From an uncultured Coriobacteriales bacterium (GTDB lineage: Bacteria; Actinomycetota; Coriobacteriia; Coriobacteriales; UMGS124): a DNA stretch of 64,000 nucleotides. Below the pieces are notes generated by a model, which did no database searches, was not told where the DNA came from, and saw only the letters and a list, made by a program, of their open reading frames with translations. Position numbers and translations under genes: made by a program. Shown here in pieces: positions 47,020 through 55,247 of this stretch (positions are counted from its first letter, which is position 1; every line of letters begins with the position of its first letter). Where the stretch lies: contig CAKUFZ010000006.1 of the NCBI GenBank assembly GCA_934654475.1, positions 36,189 through 100,188 on the forward strand, in the 5' to 3' direction.

Positions 47020-47364
47020 TCACTCGTCGCGTTCCCAGGTGGCTTTATTGGTTTCGGTCTCCCACACTTCCACCCTGTAGCAGGTAGGACCCACCTGGTC
47101 GGCGCACCATTTCGCGATGTTCTCGGCCGTGGGGTTGCACGGCAGGGTCTCGTTGAGGTTGGTGTGGTCGATGACGCCGTGGATGTTCTTCTTGATGCGC
47201 GTGAAGTCCACCACCATGCCGTCCTCGTTGAGCTCGGCGGCCTTGCAGTGCACCACGACGATCCAGTTGTGGCCGTGCAGCGCCTCGCAATAGCCCTCCA
47301 GGCAGGAGTTCACCGCGTGGGCACCGGAGATCTCAAGTCGTTTGCTCACGTAATACATGCTCAT
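47020..47364 (-). CDS. queD: 6-carboxy-5,6,7,8-tetrahydropterin synthase / 6-pyruvoyl-tetrahydropterin synthase family (QueD-like)
   Basis: 114 aa with the CEALHGHNW zinc/catalytic motif and DFTRIKK. The start overlaps the upstream stop (TAATG). Confidence 0.8.
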   Translation of the reverse strand: MSMYYVSKRLEISGAHAVNSCLEGYCEALHGHNWIVVVHCKAAELNEDGMVVDFTRIKKNIHGVIDHTNLNETLPCNPTAENIAKWCADQVGPTCYRVEVWETETNKATWERDE

Positions 47365-48560
47365 TACCCCTGGTATTCGTCAAAGAGGGCCTTGAACGCA
47401 GGCAGGGAGTTCTCGATGGTCTCCTTAGCCACGCAGTAGGAGATGCGCACCCAGCCGGTCATGCCGAAGGAGTCGCTCGGCACAAGCAGCAGCTCATGGT
47501 TGTCGCGGGCACGCGCGGAGAACGCCTGGGCGTCGGGCTCAAGGGCGTGAACCCACAGGTAGAAGGCACCCTCGGGCTCCACGCACTCGTAACCGATGCC
47601 GCGCAGGCCCGTGAGCAGGATGTCGCGGTTCGCGGCGTAGGCGGCAACGTCGGAAGGCAGTGCGCAGCACTTCTCCACCACCTTCTGCACAATGGCGGGG
47701 GCGCACACATAGCCCAGGGCACGGCCGGCGCCGCAGATGGCGGCGTAAACCTCCTTGTGGGCGGGCATGGTGTTGGGCACGAGAACGTAGCCGATACGCT
47801 CGCCAGGCAGCGACAGCGACTTCGACCAGGAGTAGCACACCACAGTGTTCTCATAGATGGCGGGCACCCACGGCACCTCGACGTCGGCGTAGGCAATCTC
47901 ACGGTAGGGCTCGTCGGCAATGAGGTAGACCGTGCGGCCGTTGGCTTCGCTCGCGCGGCGCAGGATGTCGGCGACGCCCTCGAGCACCTCACGGGGATAG
48001 ACGGCGCCCGTGGGGTTGTTGGGCGAGTTGATGATGACCGCACGCGTCTTGGGGCCGATGCGGCCGGCAAGGTCGGCGAGGTCGGGGTACATGGTGTCCT
48101 GGCACGCAGGCGACAGCACGCAGGTACAGCCGGCGTTCTCGATCCACATGCGGTACTCGGGGAAGAAGGGGGCGATGACCACGATCTCGTCGCCCGGCTC
48201 GGTAAGGGCGCAGATGCTGGCGTCGAGTGCGGCGGCCGCACCCATGGTCATGTAGAGCATGCTGGCGTCGTACTGGGTGCCGAAGCGCTCGTTCAGGCTG
48301 TTCGCAATGGCCGTGCGCGTGGAGACGTAGCCCTGGGCCGGGGTGTAGCCGTGCAGCTCGACGGCGGGCGTGTCGAGAGCCTCGATGAACGCCTGCTTCA
48401 CCTGGGCGGGAGCCGGGATGGAGGGGTTGCCGATGGAGAAGTCGAACACCTTGTCGGCACCGATCTGCGCCTTGCGGGCCAGGCCGTAGGCAAACAGCTC
48501 TCGAATTGCCGAACCCTGGGCGCCCAGCTCATAGTACGTGGGATTGCAACTCTCAGGCAT
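47364..48560 (-). CDS. Class I/II pyridoxal-phosphate-dependent aminotransferase
   Basis: 398 aa with INSPNNPTGAVY and the YSWSKSLSLPGERIGY PLP-lysine region. Confidence 0.85.
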   Translation of the reverse strand: MPESCNPTYYELGAQGSAIRELFAYGLARKAQIGADKVFDFSIGNPSIPAPAQVKQAFIEALDTPAVELHGYTPAQGYVSTRTAIANSLNERFGTQYDASMLYMTMGAAAALDASICALTEPGDEIVVIAPFFPEYRMWIENAGCTCVLSPACQDTMYPDLADLAGRIGPKTRAVIINSPNNPTGAVYPREVLEGVADILRRASEANGRTVYLIADEPYREIAYADVEVPWVPAIYENTVVCYSWSKSLSLPGERIGYVLVPNTMPAHKEVYAAICGAGRALGYVCAPAIVQKVVEKCCALPSDVAAYAANRDILLTGLRGIGYECVEPEGAFYLWVHALEPDAQAFSARARDNHELLLVPSDSFGMTGWVRISYCVAKETIENSLPAFKALFDEYQG

Positions 48561-48704
48561 GGAAACTCCTTTGCATGTAGGGGCGCTCTACCCCTGGTCC
48601 GGCACACAGGCGTGCACCGAAAACCCAGCAGGCGAAGCGCAAGTGAGATGCGCGCTATCATAGTGCGCTTGGAGACGACGCGGGTCCACAGCCCGCTAAG
48701 CGAC

Positions 48705-48737
48705 AAAAAAGCGCCCCCGACGTGCATCGAGGGCGCT
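48705..48737 (-). terminator. Rho-independent terminator after SPFH gene
   Basis: The minus strand reads AGCGCCC-TCGATGCACGTC-GGGGGCGCT followed by TTTTTTG. Confidence 0.6.
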
Positions 48738-48783
48738 GGAGAAAACCTGTGGCTGAACGCCGCGTTCTAAACCGGCAGCGCGC

Positions 48784-49731
48784 CTACTTCGTGGACTGGA
48801 AAAGCTCGCCTGCGGTGGTGGCGAGGCCCGCCAGGCCCTGAATCTCGCTGGGGATGATGATCTTGGTCGCCTGGCCGTCAGCCACCTGCGCGAGAGCCTC
48901 GAGGCTCTTGAGGGTAAGCACTGCCTGGTCGGCACCGGCGGCCTTCACCATCTCGATACCTTCGGCCGTAGCCTTCTGAACTGCAAGGATGGCCTGAGCC
49001 TCACCCTGGGCCCTAAGGATGGCAGCTTCCTTCTCGGCCTCGGCGGCGAGGATCTGCGCCTGCTTGGCAGCCTCGGCGCGAAGAACGGCAGACTGCTTCT
49101 CGCCCTCGGCGACCAGAATGGCCGACTGCTTCTCGCCCTCTGCCTGCAGGATTGCCTCGCGGCGCTCACGCTCGGCCTTCATCTGCTTCTCCATGGAGGC
49201 GCGGATGGCCTGCGGGGGCTCGATGTCCTTGAGCTCGACGCGGTTGATCTTGATGCCCCAGGCGTCGGTGGCGTCGTCGAGCGCGATGCTCATGCGGGAG
49301 TTGATGGACTCGCGCGAGGTGAGCGTCTGGTCGAGCTCGAGGTCGCCGATGATGTTGCGCAGCGTGGTGGCGGTGAGGTTCTCGATGGCGGCCATGGGGT
49401 CGCTCACGCCGTAGCAGAAGCGCTTGGCGTCGGTCACCTGGAAGAAGACGACGGTGTCGATCTTGACGGTGACGTTGTCGCGCGTGATGACGGTCTGCGG
49501 CTCGAAGTCGACGACGTTCTCCTTGAGGGAGACCTTGGCGGCGACCTTCTCAACGAAGGGAAGCTTCAGGTGCAGGCCGGCCTTCCAGGTAGAACGGTAG
49601 GTACCGAGGAACTCGATGATCCATGCGTCGGTCTGCTCCACCATGCGGATGCAGCGCGAGATGGCATAGATCACGATGAGCGCGGCGATGATGACGACCA
49701 GGATGCCGGTCAGGTCAGTTCCGTACATCAT
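48784..49731 (-). CDS. SPFH/Band-7 (stomatin/prohibitin-like) membrane protein
   Basis: N-terminal TM, SPFH core (ITRDNVTVKIDTVVFFQVTD), and a coiled-coil EA-rich C-terminus. Confidence 0.85.
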   Translation of the reverse strand: MMYGTDLTGILVVIIAALIVIYAISRCIRMVEQTDAWIIEFLGTYRSTWKAGLHLKLPFVEKVAAKVSLKENVVDFEPQTVITRDNVTVKIDTVVFFQVTDAKRFCYGVSDPMAAIENLTATTLRNIIGDLELDQTLTSRESINSRMSIALDDATDAWGIKINRVELKDIEPPQAIRASMEKQMKAERERREAILQAEGEKQSAILVAEGEKQSAVLRAEAAKQAQILAAEAEKEAAILRAQGEAQAILAVQKATAEGIEMVKAAGADQAVLTLKSLEALAQVADGQATKIIIPSEIQGLAGLATTAGELFQSTK

Positions 49732-49787
49732 AGGTAGAACCCCTTTCGTAGCTGCGGAACTTTCGTATCAAACAAGCTGCACGTACG

Positions 49788-50219
49788 TTAGCCGAGCGGG
49801 CTGACGACCAGGACGGTGCTCTCCACCGCCTCGACGCGCGCCTTGCTGCCAGCAGACAGGGCCGAGCCGTCCTTGGTGCGAGCGGTCCACGAGACGTCGG
49901 CCAGACGCACGCGGCCCGTGCCGTCCTGGGGAATGCCCTGCACCACGGTGACCGAGCGGCCCACGTACTCGTCGGAGTTCGTGACGGCGTCCTTCTCCTT
50001 GGACTCGCTCGACTTCTTCATGAAGGGGCGCAGCGCCGCCAAACCCAGCGCCGAGCACACCACGAAGACGATGACCTGCACGAGCAAGTCGGACACAAAG
50101 AAGCTCACGACAAAGGTAATGGCAGCGCCCAGGCAGAACCACAGGCACACGAGCGCAGGCGCCGCGGCCTCGGCCAGGCCCAGTGCGACGGTGATGCCGA
50201 GCCAGATGATGGGCGACAT
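49788..50219 (-). CDS. NfeD-family membrane protein
   Basis: Two or three TM helices plus a C-terminal OB-fold-like segment (GRSVTVVQGIPQDGTGRVRLADVSWTA). Lies upstream of its usual SPFH partner. Start at the ATG at 50219, preceded by AAAGGAG. Confidence 0.75.
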   Translation of the reverse strand: MSPIIWLGITVALGLAEAAAPALVCLWFCLGAAITFVVSFFVSDLLVQVIVFVVCSALGLAALRPFMKKSSESKEKDAVTNSDEYVGRSVTVVQGIPQDGTGRVRLADVSWTARTKDGSALSAGSKARVEAVESTVLVVSPLG

Positions 50220-50485
50220 GAACGCACTCCTTTCTATCTCCCCTTGGTACCTATATATAGATGCGACCAGTATAACCCCACACCGGACAGTTTTGAGTAG
50301 CATGGGCAAGATAGGCGAGGTGGGAGCCGTCTTTCGAGTCATTGCCGTTCGCGCTTGTCAGGCACACTATCGCGGGCCCAGGCTGTCACTCCTTGTGAAA
50401 ATGCAATCGAGCCGTGGCAGAAGCGCGGCCTCGGGTTCGCTACACTTGACACGTCGGTCACTGTCCACGAAGGGATACATTCATC

Positions 50486-51553
50486 ATGAAGCTCGGCGTC
50501 CTGCTTATGAACACCGGTACCGCAGACGAGCCCACCGTTGAGGCCATCGCGCGTTATCTGGGCGAGTTCCTCATGGACCCCGCCATCATCAGCGCACCGT
50601 ACTTCATCCGCAAGCCCCTCGTGCAGCACATTTGCAAGACGCGCCCGAAGCGCACGGTGGACAACTACCGCGAGTTCTGGACGCCGGAAGGCTCCCCCTT
50701 CATGATTGCGAGCAAGGCTCAGGCGACGCACCTGCAAGAAACCCTGCGCCTGCGCGGGGAGGCGGGCGCCCGCGTGGTGCTCGCCATGCGCTACGGCAAC
50801 CCAAGCATCGCTGCGGGGTTGGAGGAGCTGCAGCAAGCCGGATGCGACACCGTGGTGCTGCTCCCCTGCTACCCCATGCAGGTAAACGCCTGTGCCGGCA
50901 CCTGCCTCAAAGAGGCGCGGGCGCAGATCGCCAAGCTGGGCAAGCGCGGCTGGAAGCCCCGCGTGGTGGACGTGCCGAGCTTCTACGACCAGCCCGCATG
51001 GCGCGAGGCGCTTATCGAGGCCGTGCAGACGGCCTGGACCTACACGCCCGGTTCCAAGTTCCTCGTGAGCTGCCACTCCACGCTGCTGGCCGACATCGAG
51101 GCCGGCGACCCGTATCGCGACCAAGTTGAAGCCACGCGCGACTTCCTCGCTGAGGCGCTCGGCATTCCCGAGCAGGACGCCCTCACCTGCTACCAGTCGC
51201 GCTTCGACAACCGCAAGTGGCTCCAGCCCCTCACCGAGCCGACCGTGGTGGCCTTGGCCGAGCAGGGCGTTCGCGACATCTGCGTCGTGTGCCCCATCTT
51301 CACCGCCGAGAACACCGAGACGGCCATCGAGGTCGACCGCGACCTGCGCGCGACGTTCATGGAGCATGCCGGCGAGGGTGCCCGCTTCACGTACGTGCAC
51401 GCACTCAACGACGCCCCCGGCCTCATCGGCGCGCTCGCCGACGCCGTGCAGGACGCGCTTGCCGGCCAGGCCCCCGACGTTCTGACCACCGGCCTGGGCG
51501 CCGACACGAACGTGCCCCGCCCCGTCTCCGAGCACTGCCCCGCACATAAGTAG
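50486..51553 (+). CDS. Ferrochelatase-family (class II chelatase) protein
   Basis: MKLGVLLMNTGT..., YGNPSI, LLPCYP, and LVSCHSTLL...GDPY. It is colinear with the HemH/CpfC fold motifs. Confidence 0.7.
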   Translation: MKLGVLLMNTGTADEPTVEAIARYLGEFLMDPAIISAPYFIRKPLVQHICKTRPKRTVDNYREFWTPEGSPFMIASKAQATHLQETLRLRGEAGARVVLAMRYGNPSIAAGLEELQQAGCDTVVLLPCYPMQVNACAGTCLKEARAQIAKLGKRGWKPRVVDVPSFYDQPAWREALIEAVQTAWTYTPGSKFLVSCHSTLLADIEAGDPYRDQVEATRDFLAEALGIPEQDALTCYQSRFDNRKWLQPLTEPTVVALAEQGVRDICVVCPIFTAENTETAIEVDRDLRATFMEHAGEGARFTYVHALNDAPGLIGALADAVQDALAGQAPDVLTTGLGADTNVPRPVSEHCPAHK

Positions 51554-51616
51554 GAGCTAGGGGGCGCAGACGCAAAAGCAGCCAATCCCACCCAGAAGCT
51601 ACCAGCCCCGCCGGCT

Positions 51617-52978
51617 TCACAGTGCTACCGGGGCAAACCGAAAATCCCCGGCGTCAGCCTCCCGCTCAACGAGTTCATCCAAGCAAAAGGTCATATATAT
51701 GGGCAAATACGTCACTTTGCCCTCTTGGGAAACATTCTCTCGAGATAAGACGATGGCTTCTGGAATCTTAAGACCGGGCTTTGCCAGAAGATTATCGAGT
51801 GCGACATGGGCATGCACTTTCACGCCCGACTTAACCTCAATAGGAACAACCTTCCCCTTCTTGCCGTCAATAAGAAAATCGACCTCGCCCTCAGCGGTCG
51901 TAAAATAATACCAAGCGGGTATTCCTAACGCGGCAAGCTCCTGAGCCACGGCATTCTCGAAAACACCGCCTAGGTTAGCGCTCTTCTGGTCAAGGTAGAT
52001 TGCACGGGCAGTGCTTTGCGGATAGCGAGAGACGAGCATGCCCGTATCAGACTCGTATAGCTTGAAGAAGGACGCGCTTTCGGTACGCAGAAGCGGGCTT
52101 CTTGCCTCGGTCGCACGAGACACGTTGAGTCCAACGCCCGCATTTGTCAACCAAAGAAAGTCTTCCACGTACTCATCGAGACGCGCGCCCTCTCTGAGCG
52201 ATGATAGGATGAAACGGTGATTCTCCCCCTCAAGCTCCAACGGGAGACGATCAAAGATGGAGCGCACCGCAAAAGCTCGCTTACCGGCATACTTCGCAAT
52301 ATCGGTCCTATATTGATCGACCAGCTCACTTTGCAGCTGCCTTGTGCGTATGAGAGAGTATGAGGAATCGATATAGTCCTGCACCACTTCGGGCATTCCG
52401 CCCGCCACGAGGTAGGAGCGAAAGTTTCGCAACATGGCTTCATGCACGTAATCTTCGACAGGAACCCTGTTCACCATATGATCGCGAATGCCCGCCAACA
52501 CCTCGGCGGACACCCCGACAGCCCAGCAGTACTCTTCGAAATCCAACGGACGCATGGTGATGCGCTCAACGTATCCCACAGGAAACGACGAGATTCCCTT
52601 GAACTCCGTCCCCAGCATGGATCCCGAGAACACATATGAGAAACGCCCGTCTTCCACCAGGGCTTTCATGAGAGTGACGATTTCCGGGAACTCTTGAATC
52701 TCGTCGACAAAGATGAGTGCATCGCCCTCAACCAGGGTTTGCTTGGAGAGCATCGCGACGCGGGACACAAAATCCGCCGCATCCCGAGCTTTTGTAAGGG
52801 ATTCACGAGCGTCGGCGTCAAGCAGCAGGTTGGCCTCGTAGTAGACCCCATAGTTCGAGCGGCCGAAGTCACGTATGGCATAGCTTTTACCAATCTGGCG
52901 CGCCCCCGTGACGAGAAGGGCCTTATGCGAGATTCGCTTCCACTCCAAAAGACGCTCAGTGACCTTGCGACGCAACAT
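51617..52978 (-). CDS. AAA-type ATPase with DUF4143-like C-terminal domain (COG1373-type)
   Basis: Walker A VTGARQIGKSYAI and Walker B LIFVDEIQ. 453 aa. Noticeably lower GC than its neighbours. Confidence 0.8.
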   Translation of the reverse strand: MLRRKVTERLLEWKRISHKALLVTGARQIGKSYAIRDFGRSNYGVYYEANLLLDADARESLTKARDAADFVSRVAMLSKQTLVEGDALIFVDEIQEFPEIVTLMKALVEDGRFSYVFSGSMLGTEFKGISSFPVGYVERITMRPLDFEEYCWAVGVSAEVLAGIRDHMVNRVPVEDYVHEAMLRNFRSYLVAGGMPEVVQDYIDSSYSLIRTRQLQSELVDQYRTDIAKYAGKRAFAVRSIFDRLPLELEGENHRFILSSLREGARLDEYVEDFLWLTNAGVGLNVSRATEARSPLLRTESASFFKLYESDTGMLVSRYPQSTARAIYLDQKSANLGGVFENAVAQELAALGIPAWYYFTTAEGEVDFLIDGKKGKVVPIEVKSGVKVHAHVALDNLLAKPGLKIPEAIVLSRENVSQEGKVTYLPIYMTFCLDELVEREADAGDFRFAPVAL

Positions 52979-53077
52979 ACAGGCCCCCTCTACACGAATT
53001 GGTAAATTCTACAGCCAAAATACTACACGAATTGGCAAATAGCTATTCTGTACGGTATCCAATCGGGAACCCGCACA

Positions 53078-53160
53078 CCTTTAACAAGACCGCCATCGAA
53101 GAAAGAATCATGGCAATCATGAACATCAAGAAAACGACCTGCGCGACGTTCATCGCATAA
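53078..53160 (+). pseudogene. Remnant of a BlaR1-like gene (duplicate of 56284-56364)
   Basis: An 81-bp near-identical match to the internal blaR1-like segment, encoding FNKTAIEERI(M/V)AIMNIKKTTCATFIA. It ends in TAA. A copy of the blaR1 downstream motif CCGGCGGGCTTT(T)CATAT follows at about 53228. Confidence 0.55.
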
Positions 53161-53270
53161 CACCCCCAGCCAGGCCCTCGCCCGTACACATCCCCCAAAC
53201 CCCACTCAGCCCGCTGGTCCCACGCCCGGCGGGCTTTTCATATCACCGAGCCGCCATCGCCCGCGATGTC

Positions 53271-53346
53271 GGCAGATACACCCCGGGCGAAGTTTTTCAC
53301 CGCGCTTTCTGCGGCGAAACCGTCTGAGCACCAGGGTTCATCTGCC
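53271..53346. repeat. Structured hairpin element, family 3 (copy 1)
   Basis: Outer arms GGCAGAT/ATCTGCC enclose the core AGTTTTTCACCGCGCTTTCTGCGGCGAAACCGTCTGAGCA. It lies immediately 3' of the ATPase stop. Confidence 0.5.
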
Positions 53347-53349
53347 AAT

Positions 53350-54600
53350 CTAGGAGGGCATGCTGCCCGAGAGCAACCAATCCCCAATATTCTCAATACG
53401 CACGCCGCTCGGCGTCGTGCCGAGCTTCCACCTGTCGACAACCAGAACAATCTTGGGAAAGGAATCGTGGACGGCCTCCAACGGGGCCACTTCGCGGCTG
53501 AACGTCGTATCGTCAAGCACGGACTGGCACACTTGAATATAGATACGCTCGTCCCGATGCTCAGCCACAAAGTCGACTTCTCCAGAGGGCAGGGCTCCAA
53601 CATTGACCCGCCAACCCCTGCGAACGAGCTCGTTGAACACGACCGCCTCAAGCTGATAGCCCATATCACGCGTCCGGTTGAAGCCAATCGTCAGGTTGCG
53701 CAACCCATTGTCGACAGGGTAAAACTTCCGCTGGGGGCGCAGCACGTCCTTGCCAGCCAAGCCAAGCTGCTCGCACTCGGCCATTACCTTGGCGTCGACC
53801 AAGGCGCTCAGGTAGTTGTCAACGGTTTCCTGCGACACTTTCCTACCTGATGAGACCAGTGCATCTACCACGCGTTTTGTTGAAAACAGGTTACCCGAGG
53901 TCGAGAAGACATAGCGCACGATTTTTGCAAGCAAATCAACGTCCTTGACGTGAGAGCGCGCGACGACGTCCTTCAGGATGACCGTGTCGAAAATGCCCGA
54001 CAGTACCCGCTCATACGACGCCACATCCCCGCGCGCATACGAGAACAGAGCAGGCATCCCGCCAAAGGCGACATAGTCAGCCAAGAGGCCTTCCCGCGAG
54101 GAGACATCCCACCCAAACGCCTCGCCAAAAGCAAGGTACTCCTCAAAACCGAGCGGATACACGGGTATCTCCACGTACCTGCCCGACAGCAACGTCGCAA
54201 GCTCGCCAGACAGCAGCCGGGCATTCGATCCCGTGATGAAAACCTGCGTGTTCGGCAGCGAGTTCACTCGCCGCACAACATCTTCCCATCCGTCGACTTC
54301 CTGCACCTCATCGAGCAGCACGTATGCCGTCTCATCAGCCGAAACCTTGGCGAGGCGTGGGCGAATCTGCCCATCGAGCCAAGCCGCATCCGGATTGAGG
54401 GGAACGTCGTACCCGTCGAGCTTCAGCTGGACGATGCATCGCTCGGGCACCCCGCGCTCCTGCAGCCTGCAGGCAAGCAAAGAGAGCAGCGACGACTTGC
54501 CGCAACGCCGCACTCCCACGAGCACCTTCACCTCAGGAGTCCCAACGAACGAGTCGATAACCTCGTCGTAGAGCGGACGTGGGACAAGCGTTGGTTTCAT
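53350..54600 (-). CDS. AAA-type ATPase with DUF4143-like C-terminal domain (second, diverged copy)
   Basis: Walker A VGVRRCGKSSLL and Walker B YVLLDEVQ. The ATG at 54600 (MKPTLVPRPLYDE...) is preferred over the TTG at 54642 in the ORF track. Confidence 0.8.
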   Translation of the reverse strand: MKPTLVPRPLYDEVIDSFVGTPEVKVLVGVRRCGKSSLLSLLACRLQERGVPERCIVQLKLDGYDVPLNPDAAWLDGQIRPRLAKVSADETAYVLLDEVQEVDGWEDVVRRVNSLPNTQVFITGSNARLLSGELATLLSGRYVEIPVYPLGFEEYLAFGEAFGWDVSSREGLLADYVAFGGMPALFSYARGDVASYERVLSGIFDTVILKDVVARSHVKDVDLLAKIVRYVFSTSGNLFSTKRVVDALVSSGRKVSQETVDNYLSALVDAKVMAECEQLGLAGKDVLRPQRKFYPVDNGLRNLTIGFNRTRDMGYQLEAVVFNELVRRGWRVNVGALPSGEVDFVAEHRDERIYIQVCQSVLDDTTFSREVAPLEAVHDSFPKIVLVVDRWKLGTTPSGVRIENIGDWLLSGSMPS

Positions 54601-54612
54601 GCGAATCACCGG

Positions 54613-54676
54613 AACTTTCGATGTATCGAACGTTTTGCCCAATATAGCAGAAAACTTTCGATGAATCGAAAGTTTT
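54613..54676. promoter_or_regulatory. Two tandem palindromic boxes upstream of the second ATPase gene
   Basis: AACTTTCGAT-GT-ATCGAACGTT lies within 54613-54636. A perfect AAAACTTTCGAT-GA-ATCGAAAGTTTT is at 54651-54676. An extra half-site ATCGAAAGTT is at 54705-54714. Confidence 0.35.
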
Positions 54677-54786
54677 GCTGTTTTGAAAGCAAGTATTCAG
54701 GTCTATCGAAAGTTCTTACGGTTTCGAAGGCCAGTCTTAGTCGCGTCTCGCATCAAACGCCAAACGAATTCTTGTTGACTTCTCTG

Positions 54787-54830
54787 TACTACCGCAGTAG
54801 TATTCTTTTCGCCGTACTACCGCAGTCGTA
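54787..54830 (+). promoter_or_regulatory. Candidate BlaI-family operator pair
   Basis: TACTAC-CGCA-GTAGTA (54787-54802) and TACTAC-CGCA-GTCGTA (54815-54830), 28 bp apart and 30-75 nt upstream of the blaI-like start. Confidence 0.45.
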
Positions 54831-54860
54831 TTAACAAGTGCCAGAAAGAGGTTTTGCGTC

Positions 54861-55220
54861 ATGGAGGTTCAGCTGTTCGACTCCGAGCTCAAGGTCATGG
54901 ACGTGCTTTGGCGCGAGGGGCCCTGCACCGCCAAGCACGTGTGCGAGGTGCTCAAGGACGAGGTTGGCTGGAACGTCAACACGACGCGCACCATCATCAA
55001 ACGCTGCATCGAGAAGGGCGCCATAGAACGAACCGAACCCCATTTCATGTGCAGCGCAATCATCCCCAAAGAGGAGGTGCAACAGGCCCAGGCCGACGAG
55101 CTCATCAACAAAGTGTTCGACGGCTCGGCAAGCGGCCTGGTAGCGGCGCTTCTCAATCATCGGAAGCTCTCCCGCGAAGAAATCGACAAGCTCAAGCGCA
55201 TTGTCGACGAGCTCGAGTAG
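54861..55220 (+). CDS. BlaI/MecI/CopY-family winged-helix repressor
   Basis: 119 aa. SELKVMDVLWREGPCTAKHVCEVLKDEVGWNVNTTRTIIKRCIEKGAI and a C-terminal dimerisation helix. Confidence 0.85.
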   Translation: MEVQLFDSELKVMDVLWREGPCTAKHVCEVLKDEVGWNVNTTRTIIKRCIEKGAIERTEPHFMCSAIIPKEEVQQAQADELINKVFDGSASGLVAALLNHRKLSREEIDKLKRIVDELE

Positions 55221-55247
55221 CCTGCAGGCAGAAGACGGGAGACGGAC

